This document shows, one piece after another, positions 61,225 through 64,000 of a stretch of DNA of 64,000 nt. Made by a program: the position numbers and the translations under genes. The stretch's first letter is position 1. Every line of letters starts with the position of its first letter. Below the pieces are notes generated by a model, which saw only the letters and a list, made by a program, of their open reading frames with translations, was not told the origin of the DNA and ran no database searches. This DNA is from Candidatus Binatia bacterium (lineage in GTDB: Bacteria; Desulfobacterota; Binatia; Bin18): assembly GCA_963666315.2 (NCBI GenBank), contig CAXXHG010000005.1, forward strand, positions 1-64,000. Reading direction: 5' to 3'.

Positions 61225-63042
61225 TTGCGTGCAACAGTACTTAGGGGAATTATAATCTGCCTTGCTCTGGGAGGTCTGCTGTTTGGATCACAGACCTGGG
61301 CGGCGGAAACCGCCCAGGTCAAGTCCATTATGGGGAAAGTGAAAGATACCCAGGGCAATCCCGTCTTTGGCGCGATGGTTACTCTAGAAGGCAAGGCCCT
61401 CCTGGCCGATGCGATAACAGTGTTCACCGATCGGACCGGTACATACCGGTTTCCTGAACTGGGCAAAAATGTCTCTATAGATCAGATCGAGATAAGAAGC
61501 CGAAAGGTGGGGTTTAAGACTGAGTCGACGAACATAGGCTCAGCCTCTGCTGATGGCCTGGCCGAGGTGGATTTCCTCATGGCGACGATTGATAATGTGG
61601 CTGAGCAAGTTCCGGCTTCTGCCTGGTTAGATCCCGCACCAACTACGCCCCGGATTGCAACGGGCCTGTCCATGGTTTCCAAACTGTGTTATTCTAATTG
61701 TCATCAGCTTCCGATTGTTGCATACCGCCCGCAAGTTCAGCGGTTCATCGAGAACGTAGGCCGCCTAGCTGTGCCGGAACGTGAGCAGGCCTGGATAGAA
61801 CACCTAGCGCGGCATCGTGCGCTGCATGCTAAAGTGGGTACTAGGACGAGATGGGTGAATGTAGATCCTAAGAACCGTGAGGATCGAGAATTTCTGGAAT
61901 TCCATCATATGGCTCCAGGCGAGGACGAGACACTCATGGCTTGGTTCCTTGCAAAGTACCTGCCTAAGAACTTCAAGAAGTTTAGTGTTTCTGATTTTAA
62001 GGAAGGCGACGCTCCGATCGGCGTTAAGGGTACGGTCATTAAAGAATATCAGTTGGAGCCCACGAGTGATGGGTGGTATCGTGAGGTGGCAGTTGCGAGA
62101 GGGTCTCCGTACGTCTGGGGTATAGACCTAGGTGGGGATAGGCTTGTGCGGCTGAACCCAGAGGACGGCTCCCACAAATGGCTGAAGATTCCTGGCGAGG
62201 GGCCGTTCGGCCCGCATACGATCACCCCGGATGCTGCGGGCAACCTGTGGATTAGCTTGGAGGAGATAAACGGACTTGGGGTATTTGACCCTCGCACGGA
62301 GAAGTGGACGAAGATTTTCCGAGATGCCCTAGAAAAAGGGGCCATATCTCATGATTTCGCTACCGATTGGCGTGGCAATATAGCATTTGACCTAAAGGGC
62401 CGCTTATGGCTAACCATTGTAAATCGCAGCAGGCTTGCAGCCGTGAACTCGAAGACTGGTGAAACTAAGGAGTATGACCTGCCGTTTCGGAAGGGCCATA
62501 GGGGGGTTGCGATAACCTACGGCGCGGTTATGACATCCGACAAGAAACATGTATGGTTCACCCAGTGGGGGGACGATGTGCTCGGGTCATTTAATACAGA
62601 GACCCTAACGGTCGACACTATGATTCCTTTTCCAAACGGCACTGCCCCTCGGCGTATGTCCATTGACGACAACGACGTGGTTTGGGTAGCTCTGTGCGGT
62701 GCTGGTCAAATTTTGGCGTATGATACGAAGACTGGGACGCAGAAGATCTACGACCTGCCAGACAGGAGTGGCTCGACCTATAACCTGACGTGGGATCCTA
62801 AGAGGCGCGTCGTATGGGTGGGTACCACTAATAGTGATAAGATTTACCGGTTTGACCCAAAGGCTGAGAAGTTTACGCAATACCTTCTGCCACATCGTGG
62901 TGCCCTCTTACGTGTCCTACCAATTGACGAAAGCGGTGATATATGGACTACATACACAACCATGCCGGGAATGGGGCCGACAATGATCGCGGTGCTGCAT
63001 CCTGGTGAACCGGATGAACTGGATGAAGAAGGCATGAAATGA
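61225..63042 (+). CDS. Secreted protein: carboxypeptidase-regulatory domain, putative heme motif, Vgb-lyase-like beta-propeller
   Basis: Signal peptide, GKVKDTQGNPV..A.V, CYSNCH, repeated blades (GPHTITPDAAGNLW, PRRMSID..VVW). Confidence 0.8.
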   Translation: MRATVLRGIIICLALGGLLFGSQTWAAETAQVKSIMGKVKDTQGNPVFGAMVTLEGKALLADAITVFTDRTGTYRFPELGKNVSIDQIEIRSRKVGFKTESTNIGSASADGLAEVDFLMATIDNVAEQVPASAWLDPAPTTPRIATGLSMVSKLCYSNCHQLPIVAYRPQVQRFIENVGRLAVPEREQAWIEHLARHRALHAKVGTRTRWVNVDPKNREDREFLEFHHMAPGEDETLMAWFLAKYLPKNFKKFSVSDFKEGDAPIGVKGTVIKEYQLEPTSDGWYREVAVARGSPYVWGIDLGGDRLVRLNPEDGSHKWLKIPGEGPFGPHTITPDAAGNLWISLEEINGLGVFDPRTEKWTKIFRDALEKGAISHDFATDWRGNIAFDLKGRLWLTIVNRSRLAAVNSKTGETKEYDLPFRKGHRGVAITYGAVMTSDKKHVWFTQWGDDVLGSFNTETLTVDTMIPFPNGTAPRRMSIDDNDVVWVALCGAGQILAYDTKTGTQKIYDLPDRSGSTYNLTWDPKRRVVWVGTTNSDKIYRFDPKAEKFTQYLLPHRGALLRVLPIDESGDIWTTYTTMPGMGPTMIAVLHPGEPDELDEEGMK

Positions 63043-63164
63043 GCCTCGATTTCGTAGGGGGGTTGTCGTCGGTGGGGTAATGTGAGATTGTCAAGTTAGC
63101 GAGTCGGTTTGGAGACGCCACTGTCCGTCGGTGTCTCTTAGCAGAGAAAGGAAGGAAGGAGCTT

Positions 63165-64000
63165 ATGCGTAGAGGAGAAAAAAGGTGGTATGTGTTGGTA
63201 GGACTTGTGGGGTGGCTTGTCGTGAGCTTCCTCACCGTGCGACCTGTCGCTGGTGGTATGTACCTTGACGAAGGGAACACACTGTTTTTTACCTCGGTAT
63301 TCACCAACCAGTATCGGCTGCGCACGCAAAATCCGCTGAGCTTCAACGCGAAAGTAGGCGACTGGACCATGATGCAGCACCGCACCCTCGTGGATCCTCA
63401 GCTCATGGCTAATGTGCTGCCATGGATTCGGAACCAGCGCTGGGGCGCCAATCTTATAGAAGGTCTTAATATAGAATCGGCGCGGTTCTTTTTCAATTAC
63501 CGCCTCGAATACGAAGGTGCGTACGATTACGGGCCGAAAGTGTACCGGGACGACGTGCCTCCCTCACTGCAGAAAACTACCCGCCAGCAGATTTTCGAGG
63601 CGTGGGGGGATGTGCGGATCTTCGGCGCGCTCAACCTACGGGTGGGCCGGCAGAACCTCTCCTGGGGACAGACCAATGGCTTTCGCTTGCTCGACCAGAT
63701 CAACCCGCTTGATAACTCATTTGGCGGATTTCTCCTTAGCCTTGATGAGCGGCGTAGGCCGCTCAACATGGTCCGCGCAACGCTATCGCTACCGACTTTC
63801 CCCGACTGGGGGATCTACGACCTGGCCGTACAGGGTTTCATTGCGCCCGATAGTCGTCTCCCCGTCGCAGGAGCGGCTCCGCCCACGCCGTGGGGGACGG
63901 GTGGCGCACCACAGCCGGCGGAGTCGATTCCGACCCTGATCTCGAGTATAGGGGAGTTCGGTGCTCCTACCGACACAGTGCTCCAGCGTCCGGACAAATC
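63165..64000 (+). CDS. DUF1302-like outer-membrane protein (partial, runs off the window)
   Basis: Not in the ORF track; AAGGAG RBS, signal peptide, YEGAYDYG, LRVGRQNLSWGQT.GFRLLDQINPLD, DERRRPL. Confidence 0.78.
   Translation, partial: MRRGEKRWYVLVGLVGWLVVSFLTVRPVAGGMYLDEGNTLFFTSVFTNQYRLRTQNPLSFNAKVGDWTMMQHRTLVDPQLMANVLPWIRNQRWGANLIEGLNIESARFFFNYRLEYEGAYDYGPKVYRDDVPPSLQKTTRQQIFEAWGDVRIFGALNLRVGRQNLSWGQTNGFRLLDQINPLDNSFGGFLLSLDERRRPLNMVRATLSLPTFPDWGIYDLAVQGFIAPDSRLPVAGAAPPTPWGTGGAPQPAESIPTLISSIGEFGAPTDTVLQRPDK

Overview
Bacterial chromosome segment. Gene content (many amidohydrolases and LLM oxidoreductases, NpdG, a cyclase-AAA-TPR protein, DUF1302) suggests a Binatia/Deltaproteobacteria-type organism; this is inference only. 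Positions 1-19 kb are intact core genes: alaC-hom-thrC-apgM-like-glpX-crotonase, a split B12 acyl-CoA mutase with isobutyryl-CoA-mutase residues, a btuF-like gene, dnaB, thiE, an ntrBC-like pair and groESL. Positions 19-43.5 kb carry catabolic, sulfur-assimilation and redox genes (cysK, msrB, cysH, sulfite reductase, Rrf2, GST, tadA, tRNA-Ser, ccdA-tlpA, osmC-like), several of them pseudogenised. From an intact IS5 element (43581-44443) to about 56.1 kb lies an eroded accessory mosaic of complete genes, gene shards, IS remnants and a perfect 46-bp palindrome. It is followed by a GldA/F/G-DUF4340 ABC operon and secreted SnoaL, heme-motif/beta-propeller and DUF1302 genes. The best finding, missed by the ORF track, is a glutathione S-transferase whose active-site codon is an in-frame UGA followed by a hairpin matching the bacterial SECIS consensus. 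It is a probable selenoprotein next to the Rrf2 and sulfur-assimilation genes. All family calls come from motif recognition; no database searches were run.
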